Below, one piece after another: positions 9,171-19,729 of a stretch of DNA of 64,000 nt (its first letter is position 1; the number at the start of each line of letters is the position of its first letter). The stretch is taken from the NCBI GenBank assembly GCA_002737705.1, contig NSIM01000001.1:66472-130471 (forward strand), given 5' to 3'. Below the pieces are notes generated by a model. It searched no databases. It was not told the DNA's origin and saw only the letters and a list, made by a program, of their open reading frames with translations. A program made the translations under genes and the position numbers. This DNA is from Flavobacteriales bacterium (GTDB lineage Bacteria > Bacteroidota > Bacteroidia > NS11-12g > UBA955).

Positions 9171-10340
9171 GTGAGAAGGATTTTTATGCTGTTCATGGGC
9201 TACGGTATTCTTGTAAATCTGCTGTTTGCCCAGGTCCCTAAAATTGGGTCTGACACCACACTGGATATTGCACAATGGAATATTGAGTGGTTTGGTGATA
9301 GCCTTAATGGGCCGAATAACGAGGCAGTCCAACTCAAAAATGCCAGCAATGTCCTATTGGAAATGCAAATGGATATTTATTCTCTTTGCGAGATATCGAA
9401 TCCGGGTTATTGGCAAATGCTCCAAAAAAAATTACCCGAGTATGGTGCTGTAATTACTTCCTATTCCCAATCCCAGAAAACAGCCCTTTTATACCGCAAG
9501 TCGATGTTCCGTCTCTTGTACAGCAAATCAATATTGTTGGCGTTTGATTATGAATTTGCGGGTGGTCGTTTTCCGTTGGAGGTGGCATTGGAAAGCCAAT
9601 GGGGAAAGAAAAAAGATACCTTGTACTTTTGGGTTATTCATTTAAAAGCCAATACGGGCAGTAATTCTGAAAAGATAAGTGCCTACAATCGCAGGCAAAA
9701 AGCCGCAGAAGAACTCAAAAACTACACCGATTCCAAAAAGGGGCTGAAAGGATTTATAATGGGTGATTGGAATGATGATTTGGATGTTTCGATTGTTTCG
9801 GGAAAAGAAAGTCCTTTTTTGGTGTGGCGCAATGATTCGGATTACCTGTTTCCAAGTTATCGTCTGAGTCTTGAAAAACAAAAAAGCACGGCTGCTTATT
9901 CAGAAATGATAGACCATATATGTGTATCCAAAGCCATAAAGCAAAATTATTTGCCAAAGCAAAGTGGTATTATGGTTGGTGACAGCTATATAGCCAGTTA
10001 CCGTTACAATACGTCAGACCATTATCCAGTTTGGGCAAAATTCTCGATGGATTTGTCTCTTAGTGCCAATGTTACTTCTGTCGACCCGCAGGCATTTTCT
10101 TTTGTAGCAGATGATTATCTCTTTTGGAGTGGAAAGCAATGGGAATGGAAATTACACAAGCCATTTTTGCACAATACAATGTTGATGGATGGCATTAGCC
10201 AGGTTTTTAGTGCCGATGGAAAGAGGTTGTTCAGGGGTAATATCCTAGAGTATATCCCGCAATCTCCAGGGGTATATTATTTTGTAATTCAATTAAGCAC
10301 AGGGAAAATGTATCACCAAAAAATGATGTGGGTAGAGTGA
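9171..10340 (+). CDS. Secreted endonuclease/exonuclease/phosphatase (EEP, DNase I-like) with a probable degenerate T9SS type A C-terminal domain
   Basis: Signal peptide ending LFA-Q; WNIEWF, CEI, HLKA, GDWND, IDHI, SDHYPV; C-terminal ...DGK...PGVYYF...QK pattern. Confidence 0.85.
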   Translation: MRRIFMLFMGYGILVNLLFAQVPKIGSDTTLDIAQWNIEWFGDSLNGPNNEAVQLKNASNVLLEMQMDIYSLCEISNPGYWQMLQKKLPEYGAVITSYSQSQKTALLYRKSMFRLLYSKSILLAFDYEFAGGRFPLEVALESQWGKKKDTLYFWVIHLKANTGSNSEKISAYNRRQKAAEELKNYTDSKKGLKGFIMGDWNDDLDVSIVSGKESPFLVWRNDSDYLFPSYRLSLEKQKSTAAYSEMIDHICVSKAIKQNYLPKQSGIMVGDSYIASYRYNTSDHYPVWAKFSMDLSLSANVTSVDPQAFSFVADDYLFWSGKQWEWKLHKPFLHNTMLMDGISQVFSADGKRLFRGNILEYIPQSPGVYYFVIQLSTGKMYHQKMMWVE

Positions 10341-10638
10341 TTTAATTGCAAAGTGAAGAAACTCCTCCTTGGACAGGCTGGCAATAGACAAATCCCAACG
10401 CAATTGTGAATCATCTGTTTCAGGGCCCCATCCTCAGCCACCATATGGGTTCAATCCAGGTAGTGGAAGCCCATGTTTTGGGGTAGAATAGGATGGTTTG
10501 TTTTTGGGCAACCATGCCTTGTGTTGAAAGAGGTAACTCCAAAACGCGCCAAGCAAAGGTATTTCTAAACCCAGCCCTGTTCCAGAGGAACAAAACAATT
10601 AAACCCAGCCAGTCCTCGATCGAGTGCTTTTAAATCAT

Positions 10639-11874
10639 TTAATCCGCCACAATTCTAGACCGAAACACAAGGTCTTTTTCATCGCATACTTCAATCCAGT
10701 ATATACCCATCTGCAAAACAGGGATGTGAATAGTTGGATTTAGGGGATCAAAAGCAATGTCTGTATGGTAAACCTTTTGTCCTTGGGCATTGTTAATCGT
10801 ACAAAATACCCTTGAATGCGTTTTCGCAGACAATCCCCCAATGACCCAGCCCGTACTACTGGGATTTGGCCATATGTGGAGCACAGTCTCATTGGGTTTT
10901 TCTATCACTGAGGTAGAACCAGTATAGGTTGTAACGGTTTCAGTGGGGCTATTGTGTCCGCTTCCTGGACCCATATTTCCCGCGGTTACCATCCCGTAAT
11001 AACTGGTGTATGGGACATAGGGAAATGAAGGAATGTGCTTTTCATCAAGGGTCGCAAAATAGCAATAAATTCCATTGGGGTAATCTGGGGTTATGCAGAA
11101 TCGTCCGTTGCGTTTATCCAAATCTCCGGATCCATCTACAAATTCATAATCTTCCATATAACATCCCAAAGGGTAGCTTGGACCAATTGCAGGACCATTG
11201 GTTCTTGTGACCATGGATTTGAGTTTGAAGCTACTACGCATCAATCTGATGGCTCCTTGGCCATTTGTTTTGGCATATGCACAGGCACCATATATTGGAA
11301 AGCCGTCAAATGCATATCCGATGATTGGACTATGGTGCATGGTATCGTTATGGTTGTATAAACATTTTGGGCTCACGTGGTGGTGGTATTCTCCATTTGG
11401 CGCCGGATGTCCAAGGCAGGTGTCAAAACTTGGACCTTCCCAATAATAAGCGTTTCGGTTCCACACTTTTTGGTTTAAATAGCTTTGCGCATCTGAAGCA
11501 TTAAAAATACTTACGCCGTTGCTAAATACGCCAATATGACCACCTCCAATGGCTGTTGGATTCCCTAAATTTACGACTGGTTTACGGGTGATTTTAAATT
11601 GAAAATTTTGATTCGCAGGGGTATTCGGGTTGCCTTTCCAAGGGCCGATATCATAACCGGGGATACATGCCGCAGTGATATATATAAAATTGTCAGAGTA
11701 TTGTACTTTTTGAACATTAGACAGAATGCCTGCATACCCTTTGGCTGTTCCGGGATTTAGTATCCAACTGCTCAGTTCTGGTTGGGCAAAGGACAATTTT
11801 ACTCCGCCCATGAACAAGATGAGAAACAGTAAATAAATTCTTGAATTAAGCAGTGTAGAAGATCTTAGTATCAT
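10639..11874 (-). CDS. YHYH-domain protein with T9SS type A C-terminal sorting domain
   Basis: Signal peptide SFA-Q; GHP...EYHHH, HSPIIGYAFDGFPIYG, DLDKRNGRF, TPDYPNGIYCYF; IWPNPS...GIYWI C-terminal domain. Confidence 0.87.
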   Translation of the reverse strand: MILRSSTLLNSRIYLLFLILFMGGVKLSFAQPELSSWILNPGTAKGYAGILSNVQKVQYSDNFIYITAACIPGYDIGPWKGNPNTPANQNFQFKITRKPVVNLGNPTAIGGGHIGVFSNGVSIFNASDAQSYLNQKVWNRNAYYWEGPSFDTCLGHPAPNGEYHHHVSPKCLYNHNDTMHHSPIIGYAFDGFPIYGACAYAKTNGQGAIRLMRSSFKLKSMVTRTNGPAIGPSYPLGCYMEDYEFVDGSGDLDKRNGRFCITPDYPNGIYCYFATLDEKHIPSFPYVPYTSYYGMVTAGNMGPGSGHNSPTETVTTYTGSTSVIEKPNETVLHIWPNPSSTGWVIGGLSAKTHSRVFCTINNAQGQKVYHTDIAFDPLNPTIHIPVLQMGIYWIEVCDEKDLVFRSRIVAD

Positions 11875-12068
11875 CAGTGGGATTCAGTGTTTTTCCCTTT
11901 TTTATTGGCGGAGTTATGGGAGGCAGTGAACAAAGTGGAACTTAAAAGTGATTCGTTGTGGGGAGTTTCTACGCGTAATTGGGTTTTCCGTCTACAAACA
12001 TAATGGCAGTAGTTTACAAAGCAATGGGAACGGGGATATGTGACATAATTATGGCAAATCGCCAATCA

Positions 12069-13319
12069 TTAGGCCAGTTCAAATACAGTAATTTCTGGAA
12101 AAATACCCATGCGACCGGGATATCCCAGATAACCAAAACCGCGGTTTACATAAAGGTGCTGATTATTTTCAGTATACAGATCCATCCATTCTTTGTAAAT
12201 TAACTTCACAGGACTCCAGCGATAAAATTTGGTATCGATGCCAAATTGCATGCCATGGGTATGGCCAGAGAAGGTTGCAGCGATATTTTTTTGCTTCCGC
12301 AATACTTGTTCACGCCAATGGGAAGGATCATGGCTCAACAACAATGTAACCGTATTTTTGGGAGCCAATGTTAGGGCTTTTTCAAGGTTTCCATATTTTG
12401 GAAATCTTGCTTTAGTGCTCCAATTTTGAACGCCTACTATACATAGTTTTTCGCCTTCTTTCTCAATAACCCGGTGTTCATCAAGTAGGATGTCCCATCC
12501 CAATTTTTTGTGATACCCTATCAAATCATCGAGATTTTTTGTTTTGGCTTCTGGGCTTGGCCATGTCACATAATCGCCATAGTCGTGGTTACCGAGAATA
12601 CTAAATACACCCATTGGAGCCTGTATTTGAGAAAATACATCCATCCAAGGAACAATTTCATCGGAGCGATCATTAACCAAATCTCCAGTAAAGAAAATGA
12701 TATCAGCTTGTTGCTCTTGTATCAACTGCACCCCGCGTTTAACCGCTTCTTTATCCCAAAAACTTCCCGAATGGATGTCGGAAATTTGTACAATTTTAAG
12801 TCCTTTGAATACATCAGGCAAACCCGTCAGGGGCAATTTTTTGCGGTGTATTGTATAGTTATGGGCACCCTTCACTATGCCCCAAATCGCAGTTCCAATA
12901 AAAGCCATCCCAATTCCCAATCCTGTATAATGCAGAAATTTAAGTCTGCTGATTCCGGGAGGTTTTTCTAATGCAGTTTCGATAGGAGAGAAAAAGTATT
13001 GAAAAACCCATCGAAACAGACGGATGATATCATCCAAAAGCAAGAAAAAAATCCAGCATAATTTGGCGATTACTATCGCAAAAACGATACTCGAAATTAA
13101 TTTTATCGTTTGAGGAGCAGGCGAAATACATTGAAAACGATACAGCATAAAAAAAATGAAAACGGCAACCGCATAACCCCAATACACAAATTTTAGAATG
13201 CTTTTAGAACGGGTTGGCCAATTAAAAATCAAGGTTTTTACACCTTGCCAAACATAACAATCTATTGCAAAAAAGAAGAGTGAAAAAAATAGGAATCCAA
13301 TAAGTTGTCCTTTAAACAT
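12069..13319 (-). CDS. Membrane-anchored metallophosphoesterase (YkuE/YaeI-like, calcineurin superfamily)
   Basis: N-terminal TM helices; SDIH, TGDLVN, GNHDYG, LSHDP, GHTHG, YVNRGFG. Confidence 0.92.
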   Translation of the reverse strand: MFKGQLIGFLFFSLFFFAIDCYVWQGVKTLIFNWPTRSKSILKFVYWGYAVAVFIFFMLYRFQCISPAPQTIKLISSIVFAIVIAKLCWIFFLLLDDIIRLFRWVFQYFFSPIETALEKPPGISRLKFLHYTGLGIGMAFIGTAIWGIVKGAHNYTIHRKKLPLTGLPDVFKGLKIVQISDIHSGSFWDKEAVKRGVQLIQEQQADIIFFTGDLVNDRSDEIVPWMDVFSQIQAPMGVFSILGNHDYGDYVTWPSPEAKTKNLDDLIGYHKKLGWDILLDEHRVIEKEGEKLCIVGVQNWSTKARFPKYGNLEKALTLAPKNTVTLLLSHDPSHWREQVLRKQKNIAATFSGHTHGMQFGIDTKFYRWSPVKLIYKEWMDLYTENNQHLYVNRGFGYLGYPGRMGIFPEITVFELA

Positions 13320-13534
13320 ATATTCTTTCTGTTGGGATTTGCAAAGGTAGTTTACTTAACATTCATTGGCTTTTATTGTTTGCTCAAAATTCAGTATAAT
13401 CAGGGTTAATAAGTAGTTTGGATTGGTAAGCGATGGGTTCTATGGTGGCTGAAAATTCTGGTTCAATTATTTTTATGGCCCACTAACAACCTTTACAATT
13501 TGTTCAGGCTATCTAAAAGACGTAATTTCGATAA

Positions 13535-16500
13535 ATGAGAAGAAATTATAATGGGATTCAAAATATAAAGGGTTCGACCCCAAGACGCAATCTTGGTAGT
13601 TTTTGTCGTATATTTCTTACGCGGTATATAGTTTTTACGGTTGCTGCATTTTGCTTTGTTGGTGTTTTGGGTATTCAATCCCTATGTTCCCAGGACGGTT
13701 CTTGGGGGAAAATTGATTCTACCCATAAAAACAAATCTGTGAATAAAACGCCTTTGGCTTCTCCTTTGAAAACGGCCGAATCTAAAGAACCGATTTTGGT
13801 CAATATAAACAAGCAACAAACTTTGTTTCAACTGATGGCGCTTATCCCCAAACGAAATATAGGTCCAGCTGCAATGAGTGGAAGAATCACTTCTCTTGCA
13901 ATGCCTCGATACGGTGCATTGGGGTCTATTAATCGCAATATCATTTATGCAGGTACTGCCAGTGGGGGGGTTTGGAAAAGCTTGAATGGGGGTATAGCAT
14001 GGTCACCTATTTTTGATGATATGGATGTACAAAGTATCGGTTCTGTTGCCGTAGACCCTACCAATGCATCGATAGTTTGGGTTGGAACGGGTGAGGGAAA
14101 TCCCAGAAATAGCCACAACAGTGGGAAAGGGATATACCGCAGTATCGATGCTGGTAAAACATGGAAATGTATGGGTCTAGAGGGAACAAAAACCCTGCAT
14201 AGAATCATCATCAATCCACACAATAACCAACAAATTTGGGCCGCTGCAATGGGCAGTATCTGGGGTTCTAGCAATGAAAGAGGGGTGTATCGATCCAATA
14301 ATGGGGGTGAGACCTGGACCAAAATATTGTTTGTTAATAGCACGACTGGTTGTGCTGAATTGGTAATCGATCCAGAAAATCCCCAAAAAATATACGCTGC
14401 CATGTATGATTATGTGCGCAAGCCATGGACCTACAGGAGTGGTGGACCCGGTAGTGGCTTATATATTACTATGGATGCTGGTGTATCCTGGAAAAGGGTA
14501 TCAGAAAAAGACGGCTTTCCAAAGGGAGAATTGGGACGCATCGGATTGGCGGTGTCGGCATCCCAACCCAATCGGGTGTATGCCATTGTGGAAGCAAAAG
14601 AATCGGCGATTTATACCAGCAATGATGGAGGGGCCAATTGGGCCAAAACAAGTTCTGAGGCCAATGCGGGTAACCGCCCTTTTTATTATTCGGAGTTGTA
14701 TGTTCACCCCCGCAATGAAAACCGTGTATACAGTATTTGGAGTCAAATTTCTCGTAGTGAAGATGCCGGAAAACATTGGGATATACTGGCAGACTGGGGC
14801 CATATTCATCCTGATCACCATGCATTTTTTATTCACCCTGACGACCCCAATTATATTATCAATGGAAATGATGGAGGATTGAATATTTCCTATGATGGAG
14901 GTGAAACTTGGCGCTATGCTGAGAATATTCCTGTTGGCCAATTTTACCACGTAGATGTTGACAACCAAGAGCCGTATAATGTGTATGGGGGTTTGCAAGA
15001 CAATGGAAGTTGGATGGGACCTGCCTATCATTGGATTTATGGTGGCATTCGCAATAGTGAGTGGCAAGAGGTAATGTTTGGGGATGGATTTGATGTTTCG
15101 GCTATTCCTGGAACCAAAGATGAGGGATATGCCATGTCGCAGGGGGGGGAGCTCCATAAATTTAATTTGCGTGAGCACAGCAATCAGTTTATCAAACCAC
15201 AACATCCTGAAGGCAAGCCTTTAAGATTTAATTGGAATGCAGCTTTGGCTATCGATCCAGAAAATCCCAATGGACTGTTTTATGGCAGTCAGTATGTGCA
15301 TTACAGCCCCGACCAAGGCAGAACATGGCAAATCATTTCCCCAGACCTTAGCACCAACGATACGGCTAAACAGCACCAAGCCCTGAGCGGAGGCTTAACA
15401 ATTGATGCAACAGGGGCAGAAAATCACTGCACAATTTTGGCCATTGCACCCTCTCCTGGTGATAAAAATGTTATCTGGGTAGGGACCGATGATGGCAATG
15501 TTCAGTTAAGCAAAGACGGGGGGAAAAATTGGGAAAATGTAGCATTGAATATGCCCGGGAAACCCCAAAATGCATGGGTACCCTATCTTTGGGTTAGGCC
15601 ATCTAGTAAAGGAATCTCCCATTCAGCAGAGTGTTGGGTTGTGTTGAACAATTACAGACAGAATGATTGGTCTTCTTATGTATATAAAACACTCGATTAT
15701 GGAAAATCATGGAAAAGAATAGTTTCGGATGAATCTAGCCCTTTGACTGTGGGTGCTAACAATTCCAAATCCAATAGTACCCCAAAACCAATCAAAGAGG
15801 GGGGAGAAAATATAAAGGGTTATGTCTTGAGTGTTTTGCCAGATACCGAATCACCCAATTTGGTTTTTTTGGGAACGGATCATGGGCTTTGGGTGAGCAT
15901 AAATGGGGGAGAAACATGGAACAAATGGAAGAAATTTCCGTCTGTTCCAGTGGCAGATATGAAAATTCAATCGCGAGAAAGAGATTTGGTCTTGGGAACA
16001 TTTGGACGGGGGATTTGGGTATTTGACGATATTTCAACCTTGCGAAATTTGGCAGCAGGAACAATACCCAAGAAAGAATTACAGATTTTAAATGCGGGCA
16101 AGGGGGTGCTGGTCCATTTTACACAACCTGTAGGATCGAGATTTTCTGCCGATGAATCTTGGGTTGCCCCAAACAAAGCTTTTGGAGTGCAAATTGACTT
16201 ATATGTTATTGGAAAGAAGGATGAAACCAGCCAAGATTGGAAGAAAATTGATTGCACAGGAAGGGTTTTCAATGAAGCCAATCAATTGATACGCACCCAT
16301 AAATTTTCTTTTGACAGCACAGGGTTTTACCGTATCGCTTGGCCAATGGTTCAGGATGGATTTTTATGGCCCTCACACAATACCCCGAAAATCGATGAGG
16401 ATATTCCTGCAGGCCAATCGGTCATTCCCGGGAAATACAAGGTGCTCATTGGTACTATTGCAGGCAAATCTGATTCGGCTTGGGTGGAGGTGGTTGCACC

Positions 16501-16987
16501 GGAAAATTTGCCATTTAATGCCCTGGGGTATGCCCGAAAAAAACAACTGATGGATACCCTTAAAATGAGTATTCAAAGGGCTCGTTTTGCCTTCGAAGAC
16601 CTTAAAAATGCCGAGAAAGAAATCGACCAAGTATTTGCTGCAAAATATCAGGATGACAGCGCAATCGATCACCTGAAAAAATTTCAACAACCTTTAAAAG
16701 ACAGCATTTCAAACCTAAAATTATGCTATATGTTACCCAGCGATTATCGGCCCTACGAAGAAACCACAATTCGGTTAATGGATCGTCTGCAGACTGCCTA
16801 TTGGCTCATTGAGGGAAACGATATGCCGGCCGAAAATTGTGAATTTGCACTTAAAACGGCACAACGAGAAACCCTAACAGTGATCCAAAAAGTCGATTAT
16901 TTTTTTGAAAAGCAGTTTCAACTTTTTTTGGATGCAGTTGGAGAGGAGGATATTGCTCCTTTAGGCCGGAAATATATTCAATATTGA
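13535..16987 (+). CDS. VPS10/sortilin-like BNR-repeat beta-propeller protein (putative glycosyl hydrolase)
   Basis: RNIGPAAMSGRI, many SxDxGxTW Asp-box repeats, HPDHH, GNDGG, GGLQDNG, RFNWN, GTFGRG; start uncertain. Confidence 0.87.
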   Translation: MRRNYNGIQNIKGSTPRRNLGSFCRIFLTRYIVFTVAAFCFVGVLGIQSLCSQDGSWGKIDSTHKNKSVNKTPLASPLKTAESKEPILVNINKQQTLFQLMALIPKRNIGPAAMSGRITSLAMPRYGALGSINRNIIYAGTASGGVWKSLNGGIAWSPIFDDMDVQSIGSVAVDPTNASIVWVGTGEGNPRNSHNSGKGIYRSIDAGKTWKCMGLEGTKTLHRIIINPHNNQQIWAAAMGSIWGSSNERGVYRSNNGGETWTKILFVNSTTGCAELVIDPENPQKIYAAMYDYVRKPWTYRSGGPGSGLYITMDAGVSWKRVSEKDGFPKGELGRIGLAVSASQPNRVYAIVEAKESAIYTSNDGGANWAKTSSEANAGNRPFYYSELYVHPRNENRVYSIWSQISRSEDAGKHWDILADWGHIHPDHHAFFIHPDDPNYIINGNDGGLNISYDGGETWRYAENIPVGQFYHVDVDNQEPYNVYGGLQDNGSWMGPAYHWIYGGIRNSEWQEVMFGDGFDVSAIPGTKDEGYAMSQGGELHKFNLREHSNQFIKPQHPEGKPLRFNWNAALAIDPENPNGLFYGSQYVHYSPDQGRTWQIISPDLSTNDTAKQHQALSGGLTIDATGAENHCTILAIAPSPGDKNVIWVGTDDGNVQLSKDGGKNWENVALNMPGKPQNAWVPYLWVRPSSKGISHSAECWVVLNNYRQNDWSSYVYKTLDYGKSWKRIVSDESSPLTVGANNSKSNSTPKPIKEGGENIKGYVLSVLPDTESPNLVFLGTDHGLWVSINGGETWNKWKKFPSVPVADMKIQSRERDLVLGTFGRGIWVFDDISTLRNLAAGTIPKKELQILNAGKGVLVHFTQPVGSRFSADESWVAPNKAFGVQIDLYVIGKKDETSQDWKKIDCTGRVFNEANQLIRTHKFSFDSTGFYRIAWPMVQDGFLWPSHNTPKIDEDIPAGQSVIPGKYKVLIGTIAGKSDSAWVEVVAPENLPFNALGYARKKQLMDTLKMSIQRARFAFEDLKNAEKEIDQVFAAKYQDDSAIDHLKKFQQPLKDSISNLKLCYMLPSDYRPYEETTIRLMDRLQTAYWLIEGNDMPAENCEFALKTAQRETLTVIQKVDYFFEKQFQLFLDAVGEEDIAPLGRKYIQY

Positions 16988-17050
16988 TTCATTGGATTCT
17001 CAGTAGGCAAGTCTTCTGGTTTCAAACAATTACAGTATGGCAATCTGGTT

Positions 17051-17848
17051 TTATACTTGGAGGTAAAGCATGCCCGAACTCATGGCAATCATGAGGGCAT
17101 CTTCAATAATTGTTATATTACTCATGGGAAGATTAAACATATTTCCCAAACAAGCACATTGAATTTTTTCTTTGTTTAGAACGCTTTGCAAAACACCCGT
17201 AAGGCCAATTGTCATGACAATGAGTGTCGTTGCGTTTGTGATGAATGGATTGAAATTTATCAGAAAGGCAATGCCAAGCAACAACTCTATGAAAGGATAA
17301 ACATATCCGTATCCTCCCATTTTTTTTGCAATGATGTCATACATCGCATAGGTTTTGGCAAATGAGTGAATATCGAGGAGTTTAAAGAAAGAAAAGACAA
17401 TAAAGAAACCGGCCATGAAATATTGCATAAAAATCATCCATTGTATTGTATTTCCGGACCTACTTGTGAGCAAGGATATACCCGCAATAAATGCGAAAAT
17501 GATCAGCAGGGGCTTATAGGTTGCGAACCAACTTTTGGTTGAATTTTCAGGTGTTACTTGCGTGTCCATTATTGGACTGGGCGCCTCGGGAAATGGAGCT
17601 TTTGTTGGAGCAGACAATACATGGGTCAACGCTGGGCTTTTAAATGCAGAGATTGTGTATTTCCCATCTTGCCCAATTGCGTGTTGGAGATCATGTAGGG
17701 GTATACTTTTGTTCATGTCAATAACAACGCTCTTATTTTCTTTTGAGACAGACACTATTTCAACACCCGGCAAAGCAAGTAAAGCCGATTTAATCTTGGC
17801 TTCACAGTTGACACATGTCATCCCCAAAAGCGTATATGAGTGTTGCAT
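17051..17848 (-). CDS. Heavy-metal-associated (HMA) domain plus MauE/DoxX-like membrane protein
   Basis: GMTCVNC metal motif; FMAGFFIVFSFFKL, YPFIEL, IQCACLG, TIIED. Confidence 0.88.
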   Translation of the reverse strand: MQHSYTLLGMTCVNCEAKIKSALLALPGVEIVSVSKENKSVVIDMNKSIPLHDLQHAIGQDGKYTISAFKSPALTHVLSAPTKAPFPEAPSPIMDTQVTPENSTKSWFATYKPLLIIFAFIAGISLLTSRSGNTIQWMIFMQYFMAGFFIVFSFFKLLDIHSFAKTYAMYDIIAKKMGGYGYVYPFIELLLGIAFLINFNPFITNATTLIVMTIGLTGVLQSVLNKEKIQCACLGNMFNLPMSNITIIEDALMIAMSSGMLYLQV

Positions 17849-17887
17849 TTTTTTGCTAAAGATAGCATATCATTTATAAAACAAGGT

Positions 17888-19702
17888 TTATGCGCCAATA
17901 AATCCCTGGGCTTTTTTTAGGAAGCGTTCCAATGATTCACCCTGTAATTGTCCACGTTGTAACATGGCTAAATCCATACAGTATTGTAACAATTCATTGC
18001 GATCATTGCCTTCAGTAGACAATACTTTTGATGCCAAAGCATGGTTGCTATTCACCACCATTGTTTGCTTTTTCAATCCCATATCACCATAGGGGAATCC
18101 CTGTCCCATTTTTGCCATATCTTCCATTCGGCGTTCCCATTCACTTCTGTGAACAGAAATAAAATCGTCTTGTGGCGGCAAAGACTGAACAGATATTTCA
18201 AAAGCCAATTCATTGACAACAATCTTTACACTGTCTTCCAGAGATTTTTGTTGCTCGCTTGTTAAAGCTGATTCAATGCTGATTTCTTTTTCAATGAGTT
18301 GGTCCATCGGACCACCGTCCACACAGCGAAATTTTACTTTTTCAAATTTTCCTTCAACCCAACCCGCAAAATGGGTATCAAGTGGGCCGTTTAGCACAAT
18401 AACTTCGTAGCCTTTATCTTTAGCAGCCTTGATATTCATGTGTTGCACGGTCATATCGGTAGTGTATAATACAACCGTTTCTGCATTTTTGTCGGTTTGA
18501 TTGATTTTAGCATGGTCTATCCACTCTTGGATGGTATGCAGTCCACCCTCGGTGGTTTTTACCAAGCAAATATCTTTTGTGCGCTCAGAAAATTTTTCAT
18601 CAGAAACCATTCCATATTTCACAAATAAATCGAGATATTCCCATTTAGAATCAAAATCTACGCGGTCATCCTTGAACAATTCTGCCAATTTATCACTGAC
18701 TTTTTTGCTAATATGTTGGGTAATTTTTTTGACGTTTGAATCACTTTGCAGCGCACTTCGAGAAACGTTTAAAGGAATATCAGGAGAATCAATTACTCCT
18801 TTTAGCAATACCAAATACTCTGGCAATACATCCTTTACATCTTCGGTTACAAAAACCTGGTTGCAGTATAATTGTACCCGGTTTTGGCGGTTGTCAATCG
18901 CTTCGGTTACTTTGGGAAAATACAAAACCCCCGTGAGGTTGAATGGGTAATCGGTATTGATATGAATATGAAACAATGACGCCTCCTGCATTGGATAGAG
19001 TTCTTCGAAGAACTTTTTGTAATCTTCGTTGTTGAGCTCGGCGGGTTTTTTCGTCCAAATGGGTTGGGTATTATTGATGTCTTCATCATAAAATACAATG
19101 GGAACAGGAAGAAAACGGCAGTATTTACGCAGCAACTCACGAATTTTCCACTTCGACAAATACGTTTCGGCATCTTCATCGGTGAGTTGTAAAATTACAT
19201 CCGTACCGCGTTTTTTTCGTTTTCCTTTTCCGATGTTATAACTGGTCGCGCCATCGCAATCCCAATGAACAGCAGTGGAACCTTTTTGGAATGATTTTGT
19301 TTCGATACTGACGTGTTTAGATACCATGAAGGCGGAATAGAATCCCAAACCAAAATGTCCAATCATTTGCTCTGGATCTTTGTCTTTCCACTTTTCGGCA
19401 AATTCAGAGGCTCCTGAAAAAGCCAATTGGGTAATGTATTTTTCTACTTCTTCTTCGGTCATTCCAATACCAGAATCTGAAATCGTAAGGGTTTTTGCTT
19501 TTTCATCAAATGACACTTCAATCTTGCAATTTTCTATGCTTTCTTCAAATTCGCCAACCCGTGATAGCGTGGTTAGTTTTTTTGTTGCATCGACCGCATT
19601 GCTGATTAATTCACGAATAAATATTTCCTGGTCAGTGTATAGGAATTTTTTAATAATGGGAAAAATATTTTCCGATTGAACTGAAATTTGTCCTGTTCTC
19701 AT
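17888..19702 (-). CDS. htpG: Chaperone HtpG (Hsp90)
   Basis: IFIRELISNAVDA, DSGIGMT, IGHFGLGFYSAF, IDSPDIPLNVSRS. Confidence 0.96.
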   Translation of the reverse strand: MRTGQISVQSENIFPIIKKFLYTDQEIFIRELISNAVDATKKLTTLSRVGEFEESIENCKIEVSFDEKAKTLTISDSGIGMTEEEVEKYITQLAFSGASEFAEKWKDKDPEQMIGHFGLGFYSAFMVSKHVSIETKSFQKGSTAVHWDCDGATSYNIGKGKRKKRGTDVILQLTDEDAETYLSKWKIRELLRKYCRFLPVPIVFYDEDINNTQPIWTKKPAELNNEDYKKFFEELYPMQEASLFHIHINTDYPFNLTGVLYFPKVTEAIDNRQNRVQLYCNQVFVTEDVKDVLPEYLVLLKGVIDSPDIPLNVSRSALQSDSNVKKITQHISKKVSDKLAELFKDDRVDFDSKWEYLDLFVKYGMVSDEKFSERTKDICLVKTTEGGLHTIQEWIDHAKINQTDKNAETVVLYTTDMTVQHMNIKAAKDKGYEVIVLNGPLDTHFAGWVEGKFEKVKFRCVDGGPMDQLIEKEISIESALTSEQQKSLEDSVKIVVNELAFEISVQSLPPQDDFISVHRSEWERRMEDMAKMGQGFPYGDMGLKKQTMVVNSNHALASKVLSTEGNDRNELLQYCMDLAMLQRGQLQGESLERFLKKAQGFIGA

Positions 19703-19713
19703 ATTTATATTTT

Positions 19714-19729
19714 TGCAATCGTCGTACCA
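19714..19729 (-). promoter_or_regulatory. Putative sigma-54 -24/-12 promoter of htpG (TGGTACGACGATTGCA)
   Basis: Matches TGGCAC-N5-TTGCW with correct GG/GC spacing, 11 nt before the ATG. Confidence 0.62.

Noticed and set aside
14501-15205. 234-aa antisense ORF within the BNR gene
   Set aside because: Shadow of a conserved coding frame.
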